Assembly: GCA_963827235.1 (NCBI GenBank)
Contig: CAWHAE010000009.1
Location: forward strand, 32,001-96,000
Reading direction: 5' to 3'
From: an uncultured bacterium
GTDB taxonomy: Bacteria > Chloroflexota > UBA5177 > JANWHV01
DNA: 64,000 bases
Shown piece by piece: positions 9,573-19,802 of the stretch; the first letter of the stretch is position 1; each line of letters opens with the position of its first letter. The position numbers and the translations under genes were made by a program. Under the pieces are notes generated by a model. It was given only the letters and a program-made list of their open reading frames with translations. It was not told the origin of the DNA and searched no databases.

Positions 9573-10418
9573 TCAGCCCCGCACGCTGTCTCTGGCAAGT
9601 GATAGCGTCTGCCGATATCGACCGGGAGTGCAACCCATGTGCTTGGTGAAGACCCGGTAAAACTGCGTGTAGCTGCCGAAGCCGGCCTCCATGGCTGCAT
9701 CGATCATGGTGCGGCGCCGTCCGTGCGCATAGAGACGCACGAATCGGTCTATGCACTGGCCGTTGCGGAATGCAACCAGCGACAGGCCCATCTGCAGCTT
9801 GAACAGGCGACACAGGTGGGTCGGACTCAGTCCAACTCGACGTGCGATTTCGGTCAAGCCAAGCGGCTCCGCGCTGTTGTGCACCAGACGTGCCGCTTGC
9901 TCGACCGCGGGATGGATATCGTGGCCCTCGCCAAGGTCATCGGCAGATTGGTAGCCGGACCATGCCGCAAGCAGGGCAAACCCGAGCCCGACGTTGAAGT
10001 AGGTCTCGTTCGGAATCGCATCGAGGAGCTCGCGAAAGAGCATGGCGAGCCAGCCGGTTCGTTCGGCATTCAGTCGCCGGCAGAAGTGACCGGCAGGATC
10101 TGCCTGCCGTAGCGGCCAGGTGTCGTTCCCGCTGCAGAGACTGCCGATCAGGGCCGGCTTGAAGACAGCGATCCACATGACATAGTCCGGGCTTTGCTGG
10201 AGCAGAAGGTGGTCCTGGTTGGGAAACAGCCACACGATGCTGCCAGGCGTCAGATCGTATCGGCGCATGTTCATCACATAGGTGGCCGTGCCGTCCACGA
10301 CGACATTGACCTCGAGCTCTGCGTGGTGGTGCATCGGCCAGAGCGCCAGCCTGCTCGCCCACTTGTAGTGCCAGACGATGCCGTCGAGATTCTCGGGCAC
10401 GCTCAGTATCTCTTCCAT
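9573..10418 (-). CDS. AraC-family transcriptional regulator
   Basis: Cupin N-domain (HHHAELEVN), C-terminal LSPTHLCRLFK..GFGSYTQFYRVF..GCTP; start could be GTG 10478. Confidence 0.92.
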   Translation of the reverse strand: MEEILSVPENLDGIVWHYKWASRLALWPMHHHAELEVNVVVDGTATYVMNMRRYDLTPGSIVWLFPNQDHLLLQQSPDYVMWIAVFKPALIGSLCSGNDTWPLRQADPAGHFCRRLNAERTGWLAMLFRELLDAIPNETYFNVGLGFALLAAWSGYQSADDLGEGHDIHPAVEQAARLVHNSAEPLGLTEIARRVGLSPTHLCRLFKLQMGLSLVAFRNGQCIDRFVRLYAHGRRRTMIDAAMEAGFGSYTQFYRVFTKHMGCTPGRYRQTLSLARDSVRG

Positions 10419-10522
10419 CGCAAGAAATGGTAACAAACGCGCAGCATTTGTGAGGAATCCGCGGCGACTGTAGAGCACAATGGACGGTGTCTTCAGCGTA
10501 TTAGGGGAGCGCCAAGGAGAGC

Positions 10523-11299
10523 GTGGTGACAGAGGACGCCGTCCACATCAGCGAGGCACAGAAACGGCAATACCGAGAGGAAGGTTACGTCATTCTCGAG
10601 CACGTCATACCGGATGAGCACCTCGAGGCTCTGCGGGCGGAGTGCCAGCGTTTCATTGATGATATGCACGCGGAAATGGATCGCCGAGGCACCGACACGC
10701 TCGGTATCAGTCACCGCAACAAACGGTATTTTGTCGCCGGTGTGCAGGCTCGCCGCCCGCGTGTCCATGACTTTGTGTTCAGCGACCTCATGGCCGGCAT
10801 CTGCCGTGCCACGATCGGAGACGAGGCGTATCTCTATTGGGACCAGTACGTGGTCAAGGCCGCAGAGGTCGGCATGAAGTTCTCGTGGCACCAGGACTCC
10901 GCGTTCAATGCCACCGCTCCGCACCGGCCCTACGTGAGTGTGTGGTGTGCCCTCGACGACATGACCAGGGACAACGGCACGACATTCATTCTGCCATACT
11001 CCCGAGCAGGGTCCCGCGAGCTGATTCCGCACACGAAAGAGGAAGGAACCAACGACCTGGTCGGCTATCGTGGCGACGACCCGGGAGAGATCGTGCTTGT
11101 CCCGGCCGGGAGCATCGCCCTGTTCTCAAGCTTTACGCTGCACCGGAGCGGCGTCAACGAGACCGACAAGATGCGGCGTGTCTACCTCGTGCAATTCTCG
11201 CCGGAGATCGTACAGAAAGCGGACGGCTCCGGCCCTGCCGGCGGATCGGAGCAGTTCCTCCATTCAGGCCGGCGCTGCGATATCCGCCGGAGCACGTAG
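10523..11299 (+). CDS. Phytanoyl-CoA dioxygenase (PhyH)-family Fe(II)/2-oxoglutarate dioxygenase
   Basis: YREEGY, WHQD, SVWCALDD..NG, LHRSGVN.T..RR motifs. Confidence 0.9.
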   Translation: MVTEDAVHISEAQKRQYREEGYVILEHVIPDEHLEALRAECQRFIDDMHAEMDRRGTDTLGISHRNKRYFVAGVQARRPRVHDFVFSDLMAGICRATIGDEAYLYWDQYVVKAAEVGMKFSWHQDSAFNATAPHRPYVSVWCALDDMTRDNGTTFILPYSRAGSRELIPHTKEEGTNDLVGYRGDDPGEIVLVPAGSIALFSSFTLHRSGVNETDKMRRVYLVQFSPEIVQKADGSGPAGGSEQFLHSGRRCDIRRST

Positions 11300-11634
11300 C
11301 GCCTGCCAGCTCAGCGTGATCTCGGCGAGGGCAAGCCATCAATATGCTTCCAAACAGAAGTTGCGGGACGGACCTGTGACCGCGGTTGTATCGAAGCGCA
11401 CGGGGCGACTGCGGTCGCGGGCAAGTGGCAGCCAGGTTCACACCGCAAATACTTCCGGGAAGCAGAGAGAGCTACGCGGGCAAGCACCGCGAGACAGGAG
11501 GGAAGCCGCCAAGGAAAAGCACTCACGCTCGATGTTCTCAGGCTCGCAGAGAGATAGCTGTGCACTCCAGACCTGTCATCTGTATGTCTATATCGCCACG
11601 ACTAGGCAGTACGTCATTTCCGAGGAGTTCAACG

Positions 11635-12987
11635 ATGAGCAGCTGCACACCGATGAGGGGACCTCGTTCTGCCCGATTGATGCGGAGCCTCGTAGCGGTC
11701 GCGGTCGTACTCTCCATAACTATGCTACCGGCGGGGGTGCGCCGGGCAGCCGCGACATCACACCCGGCAGCGACCAGCTCGATAAGCGTGTGGGATATTC
11801 AAACCGGCTCCGAGCAAAAAGCTCTGCTCGCCATGGCTGCCGATTTCAGCAAAGCGAACCCAGGCACATCGGTCCAGTATCAATGGTTCGTGGCTGATCC
11901 CTACAAGACCAAGATCGCGATTGCCATTGGCGCCCACCATGCGCCCGACGTCTTCATGGGCTGGGGCGGGGGCGTGCTCGGATCCTATGTGAAGTCAGGA
12001 GCCGTGGTCGACCTGACCGGCGCGCTCAACGCCGACCCCGCATGGAAGTCACGCTATGTCCAGTCGGTTCTCGGCGCGGCAACGTTCAACGGCCATATCT
12101 ATGCTGTTCCTTACAACCAGTCTCAGCCGGAGGTCATTTTCTACAACAAGGCGATCTTCGCGAAGTATGGTATTGCGGTACCCACGACATGGCCACAACT
12201 CCTGAACGTGATCAAGGTGCTGCAAGGCCACAACGTCATTCCGTTTGCGATGTCCGGCAAAGTCATGTGGCCCGAGATGATCGTGACCCAGTATCTGGCG
12301 GAGCGCATCGGCGGTCCCGCTGCCTTGGACGACATCGCCAACCAGAAGCCCGGTGCATCGTTCAATTCGCCGGCCTGGATCCAGGCAGTCAAGATGTCGC
12401 AGGACCTGGTAAAGATGAATGCCTTCGAGAACGGTTTCTCTTCGTTTGACTATGGCGCTGGAGCGGACGCCCAGCAGCTGCTGTACACCAACCGGGCCGC
12501 GATGATGTTCATGGGCGTCTGGCAGATAAGCGGCGCCCGCGACAATGCGCCAAGCTTTGCCAAGACCATGGGCTTCTTCCCTGTACCGACCGTGCCCGGC
12601 GGAGAGGGCAAGCTCACCGATCTGATCGGCAATCCGGCAAACTACTACTCGGTCTCTACCGATAGCAAGAACCCGTCTGCCGCCATTGCCTACCTGAAGG
12701 AAACGCTGAATCCGACGTTCTCCAAGGCGTTGCTCAGCGAAGGCAGCGTGCCTCCAGTGGCGAAGCTCGATTTGGGAGGGGTCGGCGATCCACTCTTGAC
12801 CCAGCAGGTCCAGTTGCTCAAGTCCTCGACGGACTACCAGCAGCCGGTCGATCAGCTCCTGGCGCCGGAACTGGCACAGGACTTCCTGAATCTGACGTCG
12901 CAGGCGTTCCTGCTTTCCATTACGCCGCAGCAATTCGCCAGCACGATGCAGTCAGACACGGCGAAGTACTTCGCCTCGAACCACTGA
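11635..12987 (+). CDS. Carbohydrate ABC transporter substrate-binding protein
   Basis: RBS GAGGAG; Sec-type signal; APDVF, GHIYAVP, FYNKAIF, PTTW motifs of SBP_bac_1. Confidence 0.92.
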   Translation: MSSCTPMRGPRSARLMRSLVAVAVVLSITMLPAGVRRAAATSHPAATSSISVWDIQTGSEQKALLAMAADFSKANPGTSVQYQWFVADPYKTKIAIAIGAHHAPDVFMGWGGGVLGSYVKSGAVVDLTGALNADPAWKSRYVQSVLGAATFNGHIYAVPYNQSQPEVIFYNKAIFAKYGIAVPTTWPQLLNVIKVLQGHNVIPFAMSGKVMWPEMIVTQYLAERIGGPAALDDIANQKPGASFNSPAWIQAVKMSQDLVKMNAFENGFSSFDYGAGADAQQLLYTNRAAMMFMGVWQISGARDNAPSFAKTMGFFPVPTVPGGEGKLTDLIGNPANYYSVSTDSKNPSAAIAYLKETLNPTFSKALLSEGSVPPVAKLDLGGVGDPLLTQQVQLLKSSTDYQQPVDQLLAPELAQDFLNLTSQAFLLSITPQQFASTMQSDTAKYFASNH

Positions 12988-13007
12988 GTGTTCGTCCGCC
13001 TCTAGGC

Positions 13008-13051
13008 TCAGGGGGAGCCGGGAACCGGGATCGTGGCCCGGCTTCCCCTGA
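13008..13051 (+). other. Intercistronic stem-loop after SBP gene (probable mRNA stabiliser)
   Basis: TCAGGGGGAGCCGGG ... CCCGGCTTCCCCTGA, 15-bp stem with one G-U pair; no U-tract. Confidence 0.6.
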
Positions 13052-13094
13052 CGCAGGCTGGCGCATCCGAGGCGGGCTGGAGGCGATACAACGA

Positions 13095-14027
13095 ATGAGC
13101 CGACTGAGTCCAAGTACCCAGGGAGAAGCGCGCCACGAGCTTCAGCTGCGCGCTCGACATCTCCCAGGTGGCGATACCATGGTCGTTCTGCTCTTCGCGG
13201 CGCCAGCACTGCTGCTGTTTGGCGCATACCTGCTCTACCCGGTGGCCGCATCCATCTGGTACTCGCTTCTACAATGGAACGGCATAGGCGCAGCCAGGTT
13301 CACCGGCCTATCCAATTGGAATAGGCTATTCCACGACAGCAGCATCTGCGCATCGCTCCGCAACACGCTGATCATCTTCGTGGGCTCGGCAGTCTTCGAG
13401 ATCCCGATAGGCCTGCTTGTCGCCCAACTCGTGCAGCAGCTGGGGCGCTTTGGCGCATTACTCTCGAACATATATATCGTGCCACTCTTGTCGTCATCAG
13501 TGGCCATCGGCCTCACGTGGACGAGCCTGTATAATCCACAGTTTGGCCCGCTCTACTACATCTACGACCACTTCAATCTGCAGGCTCCAGCTTTCCTGGG
13601 CGACGCTACGTGGGCGGTGTGGGCCGTTACCGTGGTCATAATCTGGCAGTACATTCCGTTCTACATCCTGCTGTTTAACGCTGGATTGCTCGGGATTCCC
13701 AGCGACTTGTATGAAGCAGCAGCAATTGACGGCGCAAATGGCTGGAGCCAGTTCTGGACGATCACCATTCCGCTCTTGAAGCGGACGTTTGTCACAGCGC
13801 TCATTCTGATGATTACCGGTTCTCTCGTGTACTTCGACCTGATCTATGTCATGACCAGCGGCGGACCCGGCGATTCTTCGTATACGCTTGCACTCTATGT
13901 GTACCGCTCCGCGTTCCAGGATCAGGACGTGGGATATGGCTCCGCTATCGCAGTGCTGCTATTCGCGATCTCCTTCGTCATCTCTGCCGTTATTGTCCGC
14001 GGCACCAGGCTGCTGCAGGAGCAGTGA
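13095..14027 (+). CDS. Carbohydrate ABC transporter permease (MalF-like)
   Basis: EAA loop LYEAAAIDGANGWSQFWTITIPLL; MTSGGPG. Confidence 0.93.
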   Translation: MSRLSPSTQGEARHELQLRARHLPGGDTMVVLLFAAPALLLFGAYLLYPVAASIWYSLLQWNGIGAARFTGLSNWNRLFHDSSICASLRNTLIIFVGSAVFEIPIGLLVAQLVQQLGRFGALLSNIYIVPLLSSSVAIGLTWTSLYNPQFGPLYYIYDHFNLQAPAFLGDATWAVWAVTVVIIWQYIPFYILLFNAGLLGIPSDLYEAAAIDGANGWSQFWTITIPLLKRTFVTALILMITGSLVYFDLIYVMTSGGPGDSSYTLALYVYRSAFQDQDVGYGSAIAVLLFAISFVISAVIVRGTRLLQEQ

Positions 14028-14028
14028 C

Positions 14029-14910
14029 ATGATCAGTGGTCGGCAGCGGCACAGCCCGCGAGCACGAGCGCGACGGCGACCTGCGTTACAGCGAGTTGGC
14101 AACAAGCCCCTCCTCGTGGTAGCTGCGTCGATCTGGCTCTGCATCACCGTGATACCGATTGCGTTCACCCTGATACAGACGCTCAAGACGCAACAGGACT
14201 CGCTGGCGACCGCACCCTGGACGCTGGCAAATCCTACGTTCTCGAATTACGCCACGGTGTTCTCACCGGACTTCTTCCACTACGTGGTGAACAGCGTCAT
14301 CACGTCGGTCGGAGCGGTGCTCCTCTCGACACTCGTCGGCTCGCTGGCCGCTTACGCCATTGCGCGCCTTCCCGGCAAGCTCAACGGACTGCTCTATCTC
14401 CTATTCGTATCTGGGCTGGCCGTGCCGATTTATGCCGCGATCGTGCCCATCTACCGGCTGGAGACCGATCTGAACCTGTACGACACGCTGCCGGGTCTCC
14501 TGCTGCCGTTTGCCGGTACGAGCCTGCCGATTACAGTGTTCATCCTCACCGCGTTCATGAAAGCACTTCCGGTGGAGCTCGAGCAGGCAATGAGCATCGA
14601 CGGAGCCGGCTCCGTGCGCCGATACCTCCAGCTCGCGCTACCCCTCTCGCGTCCGGCAATCGCCACGGTTGCTATTTACGCATTCATCAACAACTGGAAC
14701 AACTTCATCCTGCCGCTGGTGCTCACCGAATCGCAGGGCGAGCGAACCCTCCCTCTTGCGACCTGGGAGTATCAGAGCGAGTACGGGATGAACGTGCCGC
14801 TTGTGCTGACGGTGGTGGTACTCTCCACCATTCCGCTGCTGCTGTTCTACATCGTGCAGCGGCGCAATTTCATTCAGGGCCTCACCGCGGGTGCTCTCAG
14901 CGCAGCATAG
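14029..14910 (+). CDS. Carbohydrate ABC transporter permease (MalG-like)
   Basis: ELEQAMSIDGA..LPLSRPAI..NWNNF; QRRNFIQGLTAGA. Confidence 0.93.
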   Translation: MISGRQRHSPRARARRRPALQRVGNKPLLVVAASIWLCITVIPIAFTLIQTLKTQQDSLATAPWTLANPTFSNYATVFSPDFFHYVVNSVITSVGAVLLSTLVGSLAAYAIARLPGKLNGLLYLLFVSGLAVPIYAAIVPIYRLETDLNLYDTLPGLLLPFAGTSLPITVFILTAFMKALPVELEQAMSIDGAGSVRRYLQLALPLSRPAIATVAIYAFINNWNNFILPLVLTESQGERTLPLATWEYQSEYGMNVPLVLTVVVLSTIPLLLFYIVQRRNFIQGLTAGALSAA

Positions 14911-15001
14911 CGGAGCAGGCACGATGGGGGTCTGCACGGCAGGACGGCACGCTGTAGCCAACGTTCTGTCGTGGCCACACAGGTAGAGATCGAGGGCTGA
15001 G

Positions 15002-16051
15002 ATGTCACAACCGCGCGATGCTTACGGCGACAGCATAGCCAGGCGAAAGTCTCGCTGGGAGAGCCTGGTGGACATGAGTGCTCCATGCTCACCGGCCTGG
15101 GTCATCACTCTGGAGGGCGACGGCGACGAGCGTCCTTTTCCGTGGCTCACGAATATCCCGCAGCGCATCGAATGGGCCTGGCAGACGTACCTGCGCGACA
15201 TGGCGCGGCTGGAGTGGCTGCACGACGATAGGATCCCCTGCCTGGATCCGTATACCGGCACCGAGATATTCGCCGCGGCCTTTGGCTGTGCAGTGAGTCG
15301 TCCGGCGGACAACATGCCCTTCGCGCTCCCACTCATCGAAAGCGCCTCCGCGGTGGCACGGCTCAAGGTGCCGGCGATCGACGCGGAACCGCTGCGCGTG
15401 CTGTTTGATATCGCGGACGAGCTCCGCACTCGCGCCGGCCCCGAGGCCACGATGAGGCTGCCCGACGTGCAGTCACCGTTCGATATCGCGGCGCTGATCT
15501 GGGACAAGCGGAGTTTCTACACGGCCCTGCTGGACTGCCCGGAAGCCGTGCGTGAGCTGACGAGCAAGGTCGAGCTGCTGGTGACGGCATTCCTCGACGA
15601 ATGGCTGCGGCGATACGGTCAGGAGATCGTGGCGCATTATCCGCACTACTATATGCGGCGGGGCGTTACGGTCTCGGTCGACGAGGTCGGCTCGATCAGC
15701 GCGCGCATGTGTGCTGCCTATGTCATGCCCGAGCTTATGCGGCTGTCCCAGCACTATGGCGGCATCGGCGTGCACTGCTGTGCCAACGCGCGGCACCAAT
15801 GGCCCAATTTCAAGCGCCTCCCCGGGTTGCGCGTGATCAACCTCTTCGGACTGGAGCGGCCGGGCATCTTGCGGGACGCTACCGAGTTCTTCGCGGAGCA
15901 CACGGCACAGATCAATGACTGGGACGAGCCGCTCTCTTCCTGGCTCCCTGCAGTGCCGCCGGCCGCGCACGTGGCGTTTGAGACGACGGTGCGCGACGGG
16001 GAGGAAGCGCGACGCCTTGCCGAGCAGCTTTGGGAGACGTACAGGCGCTGA
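15002..16051 (+). CDS. Uroporphyrinogen decarboxylase/MtaA-like TIM-barrel protein
   Basis: FAAAFGC, PDVQSPFDIAALIW, DEVGSIS..YVMP, GVHCCA motifs; last gene of the sugar ABC operon. Confidence 0.75.
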   Translation: MSQPRDAYGDSIARRKSRWESLVDMSAPCSPAWVITLEGDGDERPFPWLTNIPQRIEWAWQTYLRDMARLEWLHDDRIPCLDPYTGTEIFAAAFGCAVSRPADNMPFALPLIESASAVARLKVPAIDAEPLRVLFDIADELRTRAGPEATMRLPDVQSPFDIAALIWDKRSFYTALLDCPEAVRELTSKVELLVTAFLDEWLRRYGQEIVAHYPHYYMRRGVTVSVDEVGSISARMCAAYVMPELMRLSQHYGGIGVHCCANARHQWPNFKRLPGLRVINLFGLERPGILRDATEFFAEHTAQINDWDEPLSSWLPAVPPAAHVAFETTVRDGEEARRLAEQLWETYRR

Positions 16052-16055
16052 AAGC

Positions 16056-16250
16056 ATGAACCGCCTGCTTACTCCTCGCCGATGGCCAGAAATTGTACAC
16101 ATTGCGGTGCTGCATGGATTGCCGATTCTGCACAAAGACCCTTTCCACCGCGTTCTGATTGCCCAAGCAACGGCGGAGCCAATGGTCCTCGTGACCACGG
16201 ATGGCGAGATCCCACGCTACGCCTCCGCGCGTCTGCAGGTGGTCTCCTGA
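16056..16250 (+). pseudogene. C-terminal remnant of PIN-domain (VapC) toxin
   Basis: LPILHKDPFHRVLIAQA..LVTTD..Y corresponds to the PIN HxDPFDR motif; N-terminal acidic residues and antitoxin absent. Confidence 0.7.
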
Positions 16251-16453
16251 TCACGCCGGTGATCCGGCTCCGGTGTACCGCCGTCCTCCGGACAGGCGCG
16301 GATTGCGTTGCCGCCGGCATCTACCGCCAGGGCCCGCCGGTCGGGGCTGCCGGCCGGGGCTGCCGGCCCGTATCGAAGCGGTAGCCCGGCCTCCACCTGC
16401 GGTATACTGCAGTCTCCAGATACTCGAGCGGCGAGCAGCGTTTCAGGAGTGCG

Positions 16454-17416
16454 ATGGTGAGCAGCAAGCCTCTGGTGTTTGTCGACGGCGAAGAGGGAAC
16501 GACGGGCCTGCAGATCTTCGATCTCCTGGCCGCACGGCCGGACCTCGAGGTGCTGCGGATCGACCCTGCCCGCCGCAAGGACCCGGAGGCGCGCCGGGAT
16601 CTCCTCAACGAGGCCGACGTGGCCTTCCTCTGCCTGCCGGACGACGCCGCACGGGAGTCCGTGGCGCTCACCGCCAATCCACGCACCCGCCTGATCGATA
16701 CCAGCACGGCCCATCGCACCGCGGCCGACTGGGTCTACGGCATCCCCGAGCTGGATAGGTCCGCGCGTGAGGCCATGCGAACGGCCACCCGGCTCTCCGT
16801 CCCCGGCTGCCACGCCACCGGCTTCGTCATGAACGTGTATCCCCTGGTGAAGGAGGGCGTCGTTCCCGCCGACAGCCTGCTCACCTGCCACTCCATAAGC
16901 GGCTACAGCGGTGGGGGCAAGAAGCTGATCGCCCAGTACGAAGCGCCGGATGCCGACCGCCGGAAGCTGAGCAGCCCGCGCATGTACAGCCTGGCCCTCA
17001 AGCACAAGCATCTTCCGGAAATGCAGGTGCGCGGCGGACTGGTGCACGCTCCCATCTTCTCGCCCATCGTGGCCGACTTCTACAAGGGCATGGTCGTCTC
17101 GGTGCCGCTCTTCCCCGCCCTGCTGCGCAAACGGATTACTGCCGCCGGGGTGCGTGACATTCTTGCCTCCTACTACGCCGGAGAGCGGTTCGTGACCGTG
17201 ATGCCCTACGAAGAGGTGCCCGCCCTGGACGGCGGCTACCTGGATGCGCAGGCGTGTAACGGCAGCAACCGCATCGACCTCTTCGCGTTCGGCGGCGAGG
17301 ATCGCATCCTCCTCTGCGCCCGTCTGGACAACCTCGGCAAGGGCTCGTCCGGCGCCGCGCTCCAATGCATGAACGTCCTGCTGGGCCTGGACGAATCGCT
17401 CGGCCTGTCTGCATGA
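16454..17416 (+). CDS. argC: N-acetyl-gamma-glutamyl-phosphate reductase (short type 2 form)
   Basis: VFVDGEEGTTGLQI, FLCLPDDAA, IDTSTAHR, PGCHATG, SGYSGGGK, LDNLGKGSSGAA. Confidence 0.95.
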   Translation: MVSSKPLVFVDGEEGTTGLQIFDLLAARPDLEVLRIDPARRKDPEARRDLLNEADVAFLCLPDDAARESVALTANPRTRLIDTSTAHRTAADWVYGIPELDRSAREAMRTATRLSVPGCHATGFVMNVYPLVKEGVVPADSLLTCHSISGYSGGGKKLIAQYEAPDADRRKLSSPRMYSLALKHKHLPEMQVRGGLVHAPIFSPIVADFYKGMVVSVPLFPALLRKRITAAGVRDILASYYAGERFVTVMPYEEVPALDGGYLDAQACNGSNRIDLFAFGGEDRILLCARLDNLGKGSSGAALQCMNVLLGLDESLGLSA

Positions 17417-17566
17417 ATGCTGGGAAGCGCACCAGACTATACTCAACAGGAACGCAGCGCCGTCCCGCGATCGCCTGCGCCACCTGAATAGCACGCTCCA
17501 TCGCAAGGGGCATACCGGCTCCCCGCCACATCCGAAGTCGGAGAGCCGAGCGCGGAGTCGGAGAAA

Positions 17567-18169
17567 ATGGGAAAGATCACCCGGAGAGTCCTGTGCATCG
17601 GCAGTGCCGTAATACTGAGCCTGTTGACCGCGATCGGTCCGCTACATGCCACACCCTCCAGCATACGCGTGACGATCAGCACGCAGACCCGCACCCGCGA
17701 CCTGGGTACCCGGACTCTGGCTGCCGCTCCGGCCGGCTGGACGATCCCGGCATACAACGACGGCGGCTGGACCCACGCCCGGCAGCTTCCGGCAAACGAG
17801 CAAGCCGCAGTCCGGAAGGCCTTGACCAGCAGCCACGTAGCTTTGCAGCCCGGCATGGCCTTCTACTACGGCGCCATCGTGCATGACAACTATCTCTTTC
17901 GGACGGACTTTGTGCTGCCGAGCGGGTGGACGGCACGCCCGACCACTCTCACCTACCACGGGTTGTGGAGGTCCGGTGCAGGCTACGGCATGGCGCTGTG
18001 GGTCAACGGGCACAAGCTGCGCGACTTGACTTCGGGAGGCATTGTTCACCTGCCGGCCCCTCGCATCGACGGCTACCTGCGTGCCGGCAAGAACGTCATC
18101 GCCTTCTACTGGACAGGATCGGCAACCGTGGCAGGACTCTGGTTCTCGGCGGAGATTCCGGCGCGGTAG
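17567..18169 (+). CDS. Secreted protein with galactose-binding-like beta-sandwich
   Basis: Signal peptide; W..P.YNDGGW, YLFRTDF, LWVNG, YLRAGKNVIA resemble GH2-type sugar-binding domains. Confidence 0.6.
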   Translation: MGKITRRVLCIGSAVILSLLTAIGPLHATPSSIRVTISTQTRTRDLGTRTLAAAPAGWTIPAYNDGGWTHARQLPANEQAAVRKALTSSHVALQPGMAFYYGAIVHDNYLFRTDFVLPSGWTARPTTLTYHGLWRSGAGYGMALWVNGHKLRDLTSGGIVHLPAPRIDGYLRAGKNVIAFYWTGSATVAGLWFSAEIPAR

Positions 18170-18570
18170 CGGGCACATCACGTCGCACTTGCCGGGGACA
18201 TGTGCACGCCGGCAATGTAGAGGATGCTGCCGTCCGTCTGCGAGGGCAGAATAGGCGCGCCAAGGCGGGACAGATGGTCTCATCGCTATCGCAGCCACCG
18301 CTGAGATCGACGACAAAGGGCGCCGGCAGCTCGGTCCAGGAGGCGCCGGGAGAGATGGTGAGGGTGCCCTCGCCGCCTCCCGCCGAGCCGGGTGTTCTCA
18401 TGTGAGCGGTCCCGTTCCGGGCCACCCCTCGGACGCACCGTGCGGTATCCTGGACTGAAGAATTCGGGCCTCTCCGGTATGTCGCCACACGATGTGCCAC
18501 ACGAGTGCGGCGAGTCCGCGCGAATGGTCGACGGGCTGCAGCCGCCTATTTCCAGAAGGGGGAACGGGCT

Positions 18571-19800
18571 TTGGAGACGGCGTCGCAGAACGCGCAGCCC
18601 GGGTCTGCGTGCAAGCCGGTCGAAGGGCGACTCGCAGCCAGGATGTCCCGGCTTGGCACGGAGACCGCATTCGACGTGCTCGCCAAGGCTCAGGCCCTCG
18701 AGCGCCAGGGCCGCCACATCATCCACCTGGAGATAGGAGAGCCGGACTTCGACACTCCCGCCGCGATCGTCGAGGCGGGCGCCCAGGCCCTGCGGAACGG
18801 TTATACGCACTACACGCCAACGCCGGGAATCCTGCCCCTGCGCCAGGCCATAGTGGAGGAGATGGCGCGCAGCCGCGGCCTGCAAGTGGCACCGGAACAG
18901 GTTGTCGTGACGCCGGGCGGCAAGCCGGTGCTCTTCTTCACTCTGCTGGCCCTGGTCGACGAAGGCGACGAGGTTCTCTGTCCGGACCCCGGCTTCCCCA
19001 TCTATGAGTCGATGATCCGCTATTGCGGCGGTACGGTCGTTCCCGTCCCGCTGCCCGAAGAGCGTGGATTCCGGCTCGACCTCGACAGCCTGCGGAAGTC
19101 GGTTACCGCGCGAACGAAGCTGATCATCCTCAATTCTCCCGCCAATCCCACGGGGAGCGTGCTGGAGCAGGACGACCTGCTGCGCATCGCCGCCGTTGCC
19201 CGGGAGCACGACCTGTTCGTGCTGTCCGACGAGATCTACTCCCGGCTGCTCTACGAGGGCGTTCATCACAGCATCGCCGCCATCCCCGGCATGGCAGAGC
19301 GCACCATCGTTCTCGACGGATTCTCCAAGACGTACGCGATGACCGGCTGGCGGCTCGGCTACGGCGTGTTCCCGCCCGCCCTGGCTCCCCACATCGGCAA
19401 GCTGATGACCAACTCGAACTCGTGCACCGCCGCCGCCACGCAGGTGGCAGGCATCGAGGCGCTCACCATGGACCAGCAGCCGGTAGCCGCAATGCTCGAA
19501 GAGTTCCGCAAACGCCGGGACGCGATCGTCGCGGGTCTCAACGCTCTGCCGGGCATACACTGCGGCACGCCCTCGGGCGCCTTCTACGCCTACCCCAACA
19601 TCCGGCAGACTGGGATGCGCTCCGGCGAGCTCGCCGACTTGCTGCTGAACAAGGCAGGCGTGGCCACGCTGGCAGGCACCTCGTTCGGCCCGGCTGGCGA
19701 GGGATACCTGCGCCTCTCGTACGCGAACTCCGTCGAGAACATCCGCGAGGCCGTGTCGCGCATCGATCGTGTGTTGGCCGATGTAGTGGAAAGCCGTTAG
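18571..19800 (+). CDS. Class I/II PLP-dependent aminotransferase (aspartate aminotransferase-like)
   Basis: LEIGEPDF, NSPANPTG, SDEIY, GFSKTYAMTGWRLG; start TTG 18571 or ATG 18643. Confidence 0.93.
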   Translation: METASQNAQPGSACKPVEGRLAARMSRLGTETAFDVLAKAQALERQGRHIIHLEIGEPDFDTPAAIVEAGAQALRNGYTHYTPTPGILPLRQAIVEEMARSRGLQVAPEQVVVTPGGKPVLFFTLLALVDEGDEVLCPDPGFPIYESMIRYCGGTVVPVPLPEERGFRLDLDSLRKSVTARTKLIILNSPANPTGSVLEQDDLLRIAAVAREHDLFVLSDEIYSRLLYEGVHHSIAAIPGMAERTIVLDGFSKTYAMTGWRLGYGVFPPALAPHIGKLMTNSNSCTAAATQVAGIEALTMDQQPVAAMLEEFRKRRDAIVAGLNALPGIHCGTPSGAFYAYPNIRQTGMRSGELADLLLNKAGVATLAGTSFGPAGEGYLRLSYANSVENIREAVSRIDRVLADVVESR

Positions 19801-19802
19801 CC

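Noticed and set aside
11490-11560. GGAG..CGCCAAGG..TCTCAGG resembling a glycine riboswitch
   Set aside because: Core CCGAAG is missing, pairing is not evident, and the downstream gene is a sugar SBP; an Infernal RF00504 search would settle it
16454-17416. argC outside an arg operon
   Set aside because: Type 2 argC genes are commonly stand-alone, so this is not unusual
18180-18420. Possible remnant of a secreted propeller protein on the minus strand (GASWTELP, DGSILYIAG in different frames)
   Set aside because: Too short and fragmentary to support without a search
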